This document shows positions 40,156 through 53,765 of a DNA stretch of 64,000 nt, in pieces (positions within the stretch are counted from its first letter, which is position 1; each line of letters starts with the position of its first letter). The position numbers and the translations under genes are program-made. The DNA is from Octopus vulgaris. Taxonomy: Eukaryota. Below the pieces are notes generated by a model. It was not told the DNA's origin. It searched no databases and was given only the letters and a program-made list of their open reading frames with translations. Location: positions 94,860,001 to 94,924,000 of the forward strand of contig OX597818.1 in NCBI GenBank assembly GCA_951406725.2. Direction: 5' to 3'.

Positions 40156-43100
40156 TACAGAACAGCGCTAACCATAATATTGTTTCAGAGAAACTTCTCT
40201 TCAGAGACTCCGTGTGTCAAAAACAGAACATGCTAAGAATGTCATTAGTGTATCATTAGACATTGGGGTTTTGGTTTGATTTACCAACCTTCAGTGACCA
40301 ACACCCTGATCTTTCTGAGTTAAGTCAGAATTTTTGTTCCACTATAGAAATCAGTAAAAAAAAATATTTGCAGAAGCTGACCAAACTTAGATTAAAACAG
40401 TGTATCCATTTAAAGTAGTATTTGATTAAAATATACAAATGTAGAATGAGGTTAACTGAAATATTTAATACACAAAGTCTCTCTAAGAGACTATTTCATA
40501 TACTGACCACCTACTTTATCATATCCATTATTGCAAACTGACCACACACTAATTTAAAAGAACTCCATAAACAACAAGCTGTAATGACCTGTTGAGTATT
40601 AGTGAAAATGATAGCATGTGTGCATGCAAGTAATAAAACTGAAGCTATCTACTCTGATCAACTATAGTGTTTATCAAACAAACTATGGAACATAATCTAC
40701 ACTTACTAGTCAAAGTCTGAAGTTTCAGTCTCTGCCTCCAACACAAACATTCTCCAATTAACATCATCAATCAATTGACAAGAACCTCATCACCTTTATT
40801 CAGTTAACAGCCTATGGTTCCTCATTTCACAATTATTCTGTTATGTGTATATATTTTGCTTTTCTCCATATATCTTCAGTTAAGTTTTCTTCCTCCACAT
40901 CTTTTTCCACCTCTCTCTTGTTCTCTCCCTCTTTTTCTTCTCTCTCTCTCTTTCTCTCTCTCTCATTACATGCATTTTAATATTTCATCTTGTGAGCCAT
41001 TTATCTTTCCTATCCCATCCACATTATTTTCTTGACATTCTGTTTTTCCTGTAAATCAATTTGAAATTATTGTATTAATTATTCACTGAGTTTCTTATAT
41101 CATAACTATGTGATTAATTAATATTAATTCTCTGCACATATCAGTTGGTTCAAGACTACTGCTTAGAATGGAAATAGTGATACTTGTATTAGTATAAGTT
41201 GTTTAAGAATCAGCAAATACACCAAGGGAAGCAATCTTGAGATGCATGATCTGAGTTTACTTAGTTTCTTCATGGTTATATGTCCATTGAGCTTATCAGT
41301 TTACATTCTCTGTATCCCTTAAACTCCCACCCATTCTTTCTTGTGTGTGTGTGTGTCTTTTTTCTTTTTCTCTTCCTTTTCTTTTTTCTTTTTCTTTAAT
41401 CTCTCATTACTGCTTCAGCTTCCATGAAGATCGCATGCAAATCAGAGTTGCTTTATGAAAGACACCTGGACAACTTACAAGCAGAAGCCTGGTTAAATTT
41501 TGTGATAAATGCGTCTAATATTTATATAAATGTCTTGGCATTAAATAATGATTTTTTTTAATGTTGTAAGCCATATCATAATTCTGGACTTAACTCTTGA
41601 CCACTGTTGTGGCTAAGTCTTGAATGCCATGTAAACGCTATTTGAATAGTGTTCTTTGGGACTGAAAAACAGGAATTAAGCATTCTTCCGTGTGAGAAAC
41701 AAAGTTTAGCCTCATTATAGAAAGAACTTCTTGTCAAAAGACTTATTTTTCATGATTTGTCAAGTGAGTTTCTTTGGGTTCTTTCCTTCCTTCAATTTTC
41801 AAGCATTATGGTTGCTAATACTTCAAGTGATGAGTTAGAATTCAGTGATATTATGTATTAACAATTTACTTATTATTATTTATGAAATTATTTATTTATT
41901 ATTTAGTTAGTGGAAGAGTGATTGGACTTGGAGAAAAGAATTAATGTAATATTTCAGTGTCATCTGTATGCACCAGCAGGGAATTTATATTGGGATTTAT
42001 TGATTCTAAGCAGTAGTGTGATTACATATTTAATCATTATGTTAATGATTAATCTACTGATATATTTTAAATGTATAGTATCTGCATGTGGGTAAGTTTA
42101 TGAGGTGTGTCTAATTATTGAAATAACAGTATTTGTTGGTGAGGCTGGTCTTACAAAACATTTAAATGGAGGATATGAAGGCATACTTCAGAATGCTTTT
42201 TCTCATGGGAGTTGTGCAGCTTCCAAGTTATAGAAACTACTGAAGACAATAAAACAATACCCAAGACAATTAACCATTACCCAAGAATCAGTATCTCATA
42301 AAAAATACACAGACTCATACATGTAATCATCTTATCTGTATTCAACCTTCCTAGTTAAGTGAAAGTAACATGACAACAGGTAAAAACCATATTTATTATA
42401 TACATCAACAATCATAACATCTTATCACCAAATTTTATCCAAATTCATGCAATAGTTATATTTTTTTAATAATTTTTATATTGGATTAACTGCATTTCAT
42501 CAAAATCTCCAGATTTTAACAGGATTGAGAGATTTATATAGAGAAAGCACTCTATATATAGAGTCAAAGTATCTTTGTTAGACTTACTGGATTGGGGGTT
42601 AGTATTAATTGCAGAATGCACAGCCGGTATTTATAATGCAGTGCAGTTCCTAATTGTTTTCTTTGTTGTTTACAATATTTTTTTTTATGCTAATATAAAT
42701 TCGATGGGATTTTTGTTGTTGTTGGGTTTTTTTTTCTTTCTTGCTGCAGCAACTACTTTTACATCTGGATGCAATTCCTATTGCAAATGACAGATATGAA
42801 ATAAAAGTGGGATCATTGTTAGGCTAAGAGGAACAGAGATGTGATGTTACTTGTCCAGAAGCACACTGTGATATGCTTGTTATAAGACACACATGAATGT
42901 GTATTTACACATATCAGTGCATTTTATCACAGTACCAAGAAGAGTGGTTATCATGCTGTCAACAAGACCAAAAACTTCTCTCTTTAGCTTATGTTGTCTC
43001 TGTCTCTCTCCAACCTATTTACAGATTGCATTTGGTGCATTTTATCATAGCACCACCACTAGAGAGGTTGCCACTGCAAACTAATCAGTTCTCTTTGTCT

Positions 43101-43581
43101 CTATTCAAGGCAAATGTAACTGACAAGATGAGTAAAAGAGAGTGTGGTGACCAAGAGTGTGAATGGTAGGAACGTGATAGGGGAAATAAAGTGATAGAAA
43201 CTAGAAAGTGCTAGGGAGAGAAATGAAAGGAAAACTGTGATAAACATACAAATTATTGATAGGGAGATTGGATAGAAAAACAACTTTATGTGTATATACA
43301 CTGACATACATATATGTATATACCGTGTACATGTGTACAGAATATATATACATTTGTATGTTATATATATGAATGTATATAAATATATGTGTTCATGTTA
43401 TGTGTATGTATGTGTGTGTAAACACACACATAGATACATATATATATATCCAAACACATATACATATGCTTATATGTGTGTGTATTCATATATACATACA
43501 CTTACATATATGTATGTAATGTATGTATATGCATATTTATATTTGTATACATATATGCAGAATATATGTCTGTGTGTGTGG

Positions 43582-43627
<46 letters not shown>

Positions 43628-43630
<3 letters not shown>

Positions 43631-44075
43631 CACAGGTATGACTGTATGGCTAAGAACTTTTCTATGCTACCACATAGTTTCAGGGTCAATTTCACTGCTC
43701 AGCGCCTTGGAGACGTTTTTTATACTGTATCCACAGGTTAACCAAAGTCTTGTGAGTGAATTCAGCAAATGGAATCTGAAAAAATTTTGCTGCATGTTTG
43801 CATAGGTATTTGTCTGTATACGAGTGTGTATCTCTTCTCTCAACAGCACATGTAAATTATAAAAGTCCCATTGTCATACAAGTAGTATCATTCAAAACAA
43901 GGTAATGTTTTCCTTAGGACCTTCAAATGCATACATTACAATGGCTGGATATGTACTGTGTTCAAATCGACTAGGGAAATATTACATTACTGAGAAACAG
44001 CTTAGACTTGGCAACTGAAAGGGCATTCAGCTATAGAAAATCTGCCTCAATGAGTTTTGTCTGACCCTTGAAAGT
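43628..44075 (+). mobile_element. Family B-headed SINE with an RTE-like tail (decayed)
   Basis: ggcacaggtatgactgtatggctaagaac head, gtgagtgaattcagcaaatggaatctgaaa core, and gggcattcagctatagaaaatctgcc tail. Confidence 0.65.
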
Positions 44076-44369
44076 GTGTGTGTATAGAATATATGTGTGT
44101 ATATATTTTCCTTAATTGTCTATAAGTCAGAATAAAAAGCACACACAATATAATACAGCAGGTATATCTTTATATCACCAAGCAATATTTTACTGATTAT
44201 GACATACAACTAATCAGAATGTTACTGTTGGTATTCATGTCATATATTGCCACTACAATATTCTGACGAGTTATCAATCATAACCAGTAATATATTGCTT
44301 AACATGATGTTTGTCTGTCTGTTTATGTATCTATCTATCTATTTATCTATATATATATATATATATATT

Positions 44370-44604
44370 AAGTGTAGGAAAAAATGGAGCTGAACGAAGA
44401 TTTAACAAAATTCCTTTTTATTATTTTCTACATATGTTTCGAAGGCTGCAAAGTCCCTAATTCGGATTGAATAAGGAGTCCATTTTGCAGCCTTCTCTTC
44501 AGGAAAATCCAGGAACTTAATTCTCCAACAAAATGCACAACAAGCTTTTCGACAAACGCTCACGAGGAGCCCATGAAATTTATTTCATGGGCTCCTCGTG
44601 AGCC
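44370..44604 (-). mobile_element. Short repeat fragment inserted in (TA)n, carrying the hammerhead and a perfect 22-bp hairpin; probably derived from a Penelope-like LTR
   Basis: Non-microsatellite island bounded by (TA)n on both sides. Perfect inverted repeat GCTCACGAGGAGCCCATGAAAT / ATTTCATGGGCTCCTCGTGAGC at 44558-44603. Minimal type I hammerheads are an established feature of Penelope-like LTRs. Confidence 0.55.
44423..44508 (-). ncRNA. Type I hammerhead ribozyme with intact core, GUA cleavage triplet, minimal palindromic stem III and long stem II
   Basis: Minus strand reads AUUUUC-CUGAAGA-GAAGGCUGCAAA-(31 nt)-UUUGCAGCCUUC-GAAAC-AUAU-GUA-GAAAAU. That gives a 6-bp stem I, a perfect 12-bp stem II, all conserved core nucleotides, and the palindrome ACAUAUGU. 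Confidence 0.88.
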
Positions 44605-45873
<1,269 letters not shown>

Positions 45874-45884
<11 letters not shown>

Positions 45885-46075
45885 TTAGAGACAAAACCAC
45901 TATTATGCAAATCAAACAAAGAAAGACTTAATCCAATACATAAAAATTTTATATAAATTAAATATGATTAAGATTAATTATTATATTTAATTTATATAAA
46001 ATTTTTTATGTATTGGATTAAGTCTTTCTTTGTTTGATTTGCATAATAATGGTTTTGTCTCTAATTAATATTATA
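45874..46075. repeat. Near-perfect AT-rich inverted repeat with ~90-bp arms, between (TA)n tracts
   Basis: aattagagacaaaaccactattatgcaaatcaaacaaagaaagacttaatccaatacat... is reverse-complemented at about 45985-46070 with very few mismatches. Confidence 0.9.
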
Positions 46076-46122
46076 TTATATTTTTCCCTGTAAATTTGGA
46101 TTTATTCCCTAATATTTATTAT

Positions 46123-46180
<58 letters not shown>

Positions 46181-46183
<3 letters not shown>

Positions 46184-46495
46184 TTAGTGGTTAGGGTATT
46201 CATCTCACGATTGTAAGGTTGTGACTTTGATTCCTAGTGATGCATTATGTCCCTGAGCAAGACACTTTATTTCACACTGATCCAGTCTACTCAGCTGGCA
46301 AAACTGAGTCACACTTGTATTTCAGAAGGCCAGCCTTGTCACATTTGGGGTCACACTGAACTTCCTTGAGAATTGCATTAAGAGTACGCATGTCTGTGGA
46401 GTGCTCAGCCACTTGTACATTAATTTCACAAGTAAGCTCATCTGTGGATCAGATCAACTGAAACACTCACTGTTGCAGTTGACATAGTGCCAGTT
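46181..46495 (+). mobile_element. tRNA-derived SINE, family C
   Basis: ggcttagtggttagggt (A box), ttgattcct (decayed B box), gtccctgagcaagacactttatttcac core. A related segment lies at about 53670-53760. Confidence 0.65.
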
Positions 46496-47155
46496 ATTTG
46501 TGACACTGCTGGATCAGATTGCACTGCCCAGGTGTCAAAACCATAGTGATATCTGTTTGACAGCTAATGATGAGAATACACATTTGTTATGCTTGTTTGT
46601 GGATTTCTTGTATCTTAGTCTTCTTATTTTGAGTTGTCTTTCATTCTTGTTAAGTAGAAAGTGTCACTTACATTGGTATTTTTTGGTTTTATTCATAGGT
46701 TATCTAATTAGGCTTAGATTATACTTGGATATTGGTGTCTAGTTTTGTGAGGTTCTGTAGCGTGTGTGTGTAATGTGTTTTACTTGTATTATTTCATGGT
46801 AACATGGGTTTGACAAATATATTATTGAGGCATTGTTTTACTGTCTGATGCCCTTCCTATCACTAACTACTACTTATTTTTCAAGTTACTCGTCTTTTAT
46901 TCATCTCATCTTCTCAGTGCAAATGTAAACAAACACGTGCATACACTCATACATACACATACTCACACATACACACATATGCATACATGTATGTGTGACT
47001 GATTTCTTTTATCACTGTCTCGCAAGACATTTACCCAAGGTACCATGCAGTGAGACCAAACATATGTGGTTGGGAAACAAACTTAACTATACAGCTTTGC
47101 CTGCACCTATATATATATATATACATGCATACATACATACATACATACATGCAGA

Positions 47156-47518
47156 TAAGTCTATGTCCTGTCATATTGACCAATGGTTTCGCATCCATAA
47201 AGTGCCTAGCTCCATGGAATCTTATCAGACTCTAAAGACAAGCACATATATGACTTAATTCTACAAGGTAGGAATCTGCTAGTTATTAAGTACTCAAAGA
47301 ATAAACAATCTGGGTTGGTGAGGAGATAACCCATCCTCACCAAACTGGATTGCTTATTCTTTGGTTACTTAATAGCTGATTGACTGTAACAGATTCCTAC
47401 CTCCCAGAGTTGAAGAGTTATACATGTCTTCAGCTTTAGAGTCTGATGAGCCATCCGTGAGGTTAGGCCCTTTATGGCTATGAAACCATTGGTCACTCTA
47501 TGACCAGGCATAGACTTA
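47156..47518. mobile_element. Palindromic (foldback) element with a decayed hammerhead motif in each arm
   Basis: Ends taagtctatg...catagactta are complementary and the interior pairs through to a central hairpin at about 47315-47345. The right arm carries CTGATGA...GAAACCATTGGTC on +, and the left arm carries CTGATAA...GAAACCATTGGTC on -. Confidence 0.75.
47437..47500 (+). ncRNA. Degenerate type I hammerhead ribozyme (GUC triplet), sense to the CaMKII pre-mRNA
   Basis: UAGAGU-CUGAUGA-GCCAU...AUGGC-UAU-GAAAC-CAUUG-GUC-ACUCUA. Stem I is a perfect 6 bp and stem III is 3 bp, but 3 extra nt separate stem II from GAAA. Confidence 0.62.
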
Positions 47519-47704
47519 ACTGCTTGGAAATACATTACTGCTCTATGCTTTAGAGTGTGCTTCTTTTTCGGATAGATGATACTTTGACGATATATATGTA
47601 TATATACATCATTATACATATATATATAGGGAGAGTTTACGAAAAAACAAAAGACGAAGACAGGTGGTGTACAAAACAAACAGATGTATTAGTATATACA
47701 TACA

Positions 47705-47739
<35 letters not shown>

Positions 47740-50700
47740 ACAGACATGCATGTACTCATATAGATAGAAAGATAAGATTTGATATATATATATTGAGAAA
47801 ATGTATGTAGTATTGATAGTATTGAGAATTTGAATTAAAGAATGCATGGCAATGTAACCTTTTTTTTATATCATAAAATAGATGACATTCTGTGCTTTCT
47901 TTAAGTATTTCAAGCCATAATGTACTCTTTCTTCATTATGATACCAAATATTATGAATGAGCTGAAATAACTTTTGATCCCATGTATTTCGCACCTATTT
48001 TTATCCTGCTGCATTACGAAGAAGAGTTTTTTCTATGCTTGAAAAATGTAAGAGAAAATTTAATGTCATTTATTTTATGAAAAATCATTTATATTGCCAC
48101 AGCTTCTATTGTTCAGATGTAATATATATTTATATACATATCTGAATTTAAACTAATTTGCACTGATATTTTCATTATGTATTATTTGCTATTCATTACA
48201 AATTGCTCTGTTCTTTATAACACAAGCAACTTCTTTAGTTATCCATTATGACCATAATACATCCTTACTTTTCATAAGCTATCCCATATTTTTGTAAGAA
48301 TACCATATTATCCATAAGAGAACCATATTCCACATGTGGATAGCATGAACTAGCTGTGACTATTACACTGTGTTTGCTGAAGGACAACTGAAGACTTACT
48401 CTAGAATGTTTAGCTGTGCCAGCAGTAGCGGCTTTAAACAAACTAACTGTCCAGCCAGCTTGCCAGCTCACTAGCCCATGAATTGGTGGTTTTAATGCCC
48501 TGTTTTACTCTTCTCTTTACTGAAGCTAAATACTGTCATAGAGACACAATATCTAAGAATGATGGAATATTGGAATATTGTATCCCTCGGACTCCCACCA
48601 TCGTAGAACAAGGCAAATTTCCTGCTGACAACCCTGGTAAGTGCTGAACCTGATGATCATAATGATGATGCTGGTGATGATGATGATGCTGATGCTGATG
48701 ACTGATCATAGGTGGCTCATTGCTACAGCTAGATATCTTAGGCAGCTACTGCTTCATCTTCTTGTCCTTGTTGTCTTTCGCCTCCTACTTCCTCTTCCTA
48801 AACTCTATCACCTCTTCTGTTTTGTATTTATTTGTACTGGCTGAGGTGTTCCCTGTGTATTTTGCCCTCCCCCATTCGTCATCCTGATTGCTTATCTTAT
48901 AACAACAAGTATACATTGCAGTGATGTGATAGTTCTAAAGCATGGCTTCTTTTCAAAGAAAGGTTTTCACAATGAAGACATACAACATTGAGGCAGGTTG
49001 TGATAAGATTTCACCTGCAGAGTAAGAAATATAGAAACAAGATATTTTACATTAAAGTGGTATAAATGTCATTTTGAAAAAGAATATGTGACATTGGGGT
49101 GGGATATAACTTTGATGTGGAATACATAAGGATCAAGTAAAATAAATGACAAAAATAGGATATGTCATTTGAAAGCAGTAATGCACCATCAAGGTAGGCT
49201 ATACAACTCTGAGGTAAAATATATGGCATTAAGAAGGGATTATGACACAGAAATAGGTTATCTTATGGGTATCACATTGGAATAGTATATAGGACTATGA
49301 AATGATATATATGAGACTGAGTTGACATTCATGTCAAGTATACAGTTATAAGACTTTTCACAGGTAAATTTTGTTACTGAATGTGAAGCTTTTAGATTGA
49401 GGTCCTAGAGCATTAAACATTAACCCCATGAAGCTCATTTACTTCTTTCTCATAAACTACTAATGTATATCAGAGTGAAAAAATGGAAAGAAGTTGTGGA
49501 CAATTGGGTTGGTAGGATGAAATCTAAAAAGGTGAAAACTGTTAACAGCCCAGACCACTTCATTGTAAGTAGACATCACAGTGTATTTTCAGTTCAATGT
49601 ACTGTGTCCATAATCAAGATATGACTTTCAACAGTGCAATCTATGTAAGTGTAAGTAGGTACCATATTGTGGTGTACTTTGCAGTACTGTGACCAACAGC
49701 ATAATTGTGGAACTGAGGAATGCTTAGATAGCTAAGTTTAATTCTTCCCATGGGAAAATGATTGACCTATATATTATCCAGAGAAACATTTAGTTTTTAT
49801 TCATTTAGTACTATGGAAACTAAGATCGAACCTATAGATGCTTATTATTCACAAACGATTCGCATAATGGTGGCAGTGAATAATGTCCAAAATGACATTA
49901 CTTACAGTATTGGTATGGTGAGCTGGTTGTTGAACTAAGGCTTTCAGAGTTTAGATGTGTAGCACTCTGAGTTATATAGGCTAATAGCACTGCCACATAT
50001 CTGTATTGTAGATCAATTATATGGAAGTATTAGTACATCCATGCTATTATTACTGCCAGACATTCATCTACATATACACAGATTCACTGAACACATACAC
50101 ACACAAATAAATTTGTAAACACATATTTGCGTATAGATTTTCAGGGTATTTCCTTTCATTATGTTAGGTATATTTATAAATTATGACATATTCCAACATT
50201 TCATTGAGGTTGCTGGTTGTTACAAGATAATTTGATGGAATGTATTAGTAACTAATTCTTGCATAACTTGGATGTCTAACAATAACCTTGTTCAAAGTGA
50301 AATTGTTTTCTAGACTTTTCATTGATAATCTTAACAATTAAATTGTTTTTTATATTTTAAACTATAATAGTTAATTACATTAAAAACTTTTCATTACTGT
50401 TACTTATTTTAATAAGATTTTGATGATGAAAGCTACAATAAAACTTCAACAGAATTCCAGCTAATAACTTAGAAGAATGGCAAAAATAGAGACTTAGTCC
50501 AGCACTCTTCCTATCTCTTTCAATTCCAGCAACCTCATATTTTAAAATGTTAAATTAGAAGCACCTTTTAAATAGAAATTTTTCTATCATATTACTGCAA
50601 TATATTTGTTGTTGCTGCTATTGTTGTTGTTGTTATTTGAATTGTTCCTCAGTTTTTGTCATGTTCATTTTTTGTTTGTTTGTTTGTTTTTTTTTTCCAT

Positions 50701-51254
50701 TTGTTTTCAATAGTTTTGTTTTGTTTTTTGCTGAAACGTCTAGCTTCCAAAGTAGTTTAAATCCATAGTTAAAAGCACAGAGTTCTGTTAGGTTGGAATG
50801 CTCAAGAAAAAAGAATGGAATTTTGTTTATTTAAAACTTATAATCCAGGTTTGGTATCTGTGTTAATGTCCAGCCTTGTTTAATTCATTTATCATCCATC
50901 ATCATACAGCCCAGATGCTTCATACTAGTTCACACTAAAAAAAATCCATCAACAAATGGCCCAAACACACATGTCTACATCATACTATGTTATATCTACA
51001 CATTTCTTCACAATAAACGTTCAAATGGTAAGTCAAACAGTAGTCAGATTTTCTGTAGTAAAGCATGCTACACTAACTATAATTAACCAAAATACAGAAT
51101 ATATATATTTATTAATATATATTTATATATATATATATAAATATATATATATATATGAATATATATATGAATATATATATATATGAATATATCTTTGTAT
51201 ACGTATGTGTGTTTGTTTATATATATGTGTGTAGTATGTATACATGTTTGTGTG

Positions 51255-51288
<34 letters not shown>

Positions 51289-51925
51289 TATGTATGTTTA
51301 TGTATGTAGGTGTGAAAGTGTGTGTTACATCCTTTTTTCCATGCTTCCGTGGGTTGGATGAATATGTTATTTTAGTTATTGTTTTACAGCCAGATGTGTT
51401 TCCTAATGCTAACCCTTACCTGTTCTCAAGAGAGGGATCTTTTATTCCACACAGCTTCAAAGGCATGAAGTGACCAGATAATCCGTTGATTGGAGAACAA
51501 TAACAGCACAACCACTGCAACATTCATACAAATGATCACAGATATAAACAAGCACATACATGCCATGCACACTCATATTTAGTTTCAGTTTAATCTATTG
51601 ATTACAAACATGAATAGAACTAAGGATTGCCAGACATACTTCCGCATAACACAATTTCTACATCTTTAAATGAGTTTTGTTAGAATTATCACCCTACCTC
51701 CCATGCATGCACATCCATCCAGGTCAATACACCCTTATATGACCTGTAAATTGTTTTCAATTCCAGTTACTAAGAGCCCAGTCTGAAGCAAAACACTGAG
51801 TAGACTGTCTCCTTTTGATAATAAAAAATACCTATCCACTCTACCCTGCTTATGCACTTCTATATCAAATTATGTATGAATTACATAAAATACATTTTAA
51901 AGTATTATACAACTCTTACATTATA

Positions 51926-51977
<52 letters not shown>

Positions 51978-52090
51978 GTAATGTGGTCAGTAGAGCATAA
52001 CATATAACCAATATTTAGAACTCTATTAGATTATAGTTCAAAATTTCCATTCATGAAGAGAAATATAATTATTAATCTAAATGTCTTCCT

Positions 52091-52140
<50 letters not shown>

Positions 52141-52235
52141 AATCAAAATAAGCAACAATTATAATCACCTTATTTTAAATGTATGGATAATACCATACTA
52201 AATTCTGGTTCCTCAACTTAAGTACCATATTCATC

Positions 52236-53010
<775 letters not shown>

Positions 53011-53013
53011 AAA

Positions 53014-53199
53014 GAAAATGACATGACAAAGGAATAAATGATGATTTTATGAACTTCATTAGATTACAGCTATTTCTGTAATAAGATGCTGTGGACTCAT
53101 AGTTGAGTGCCTGACAGTTCACTGCATCTTATAGCAGAAACAGCTGTAAGCTAATAAGGTTTATAAGATAATCATTTACTTCTTTGTTATCTCATTTTC
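53014..53199. repeat. Imperfect palindrome next to (TA)n, containing a hammerhead 3' half (GAAACAGCTGTA)
   Basis: gaaaatgacatgacaaagg...ttacagctatttctgtaataagatgc pairs with gcatcttatagcagaaacagctgtaa...ctttgttatctcattttc. No CUGAnGA was found. Confidence 0.7.
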
Positions 53200-53765
53200 G
53201 TATTATGGCTCTATACTCATCAAACACTTCATTCTGAAGCATACATATACTGAGTTCTACACCAGGTTATTAGTCTTGCAATGCCTAAGCAAAATGTATA
53301 TATATATAAATACACACACACACAAAATCTGTTTAAGCTAGTGCTTGGAAAAACTCTTAGGTCACTGTTGCCAACATTTTTCTTGTCAAATTATATATGT
53401 TTGTATTGCATGATTTCCATATGGTCTTACTCAAACAAGCACACAGAACCATTAGTGAATCATTGATGTAGAACATGTAGGTGCAGTATGACTGAATAGT
53501 GAAGAAGTTTGCTCCATAACCATAAGGCTTTGGAGTCAATTCCACAGTATGATATCTTGACCAGAGATGTTTGTTTTCTGTAACCTTAATTTGAGCTACA
53601 TCTTGTGTGTGAAGTTGGGTAGAGAGAAACTATAGAAGCTTGACTGGTGGATTGTATCTGAAATTCAAAAAGTACAGCCTTGTCAAATACTATATCATAC
53701 TGATTCTGCTTAAGAATTATGTTAAGAATACACGTGTCTGTGGAATACACAGCCACAGCCATTTA

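Noticed and set aside
40168-40208. Minus-strand CUGAAGA...GAAAC hammerhead-like motif next to (TA)n
   Set aside because: Stem II pairs well only by consuming core nucleotides and stem I is 2 bp. At best it is a very decayed relic.
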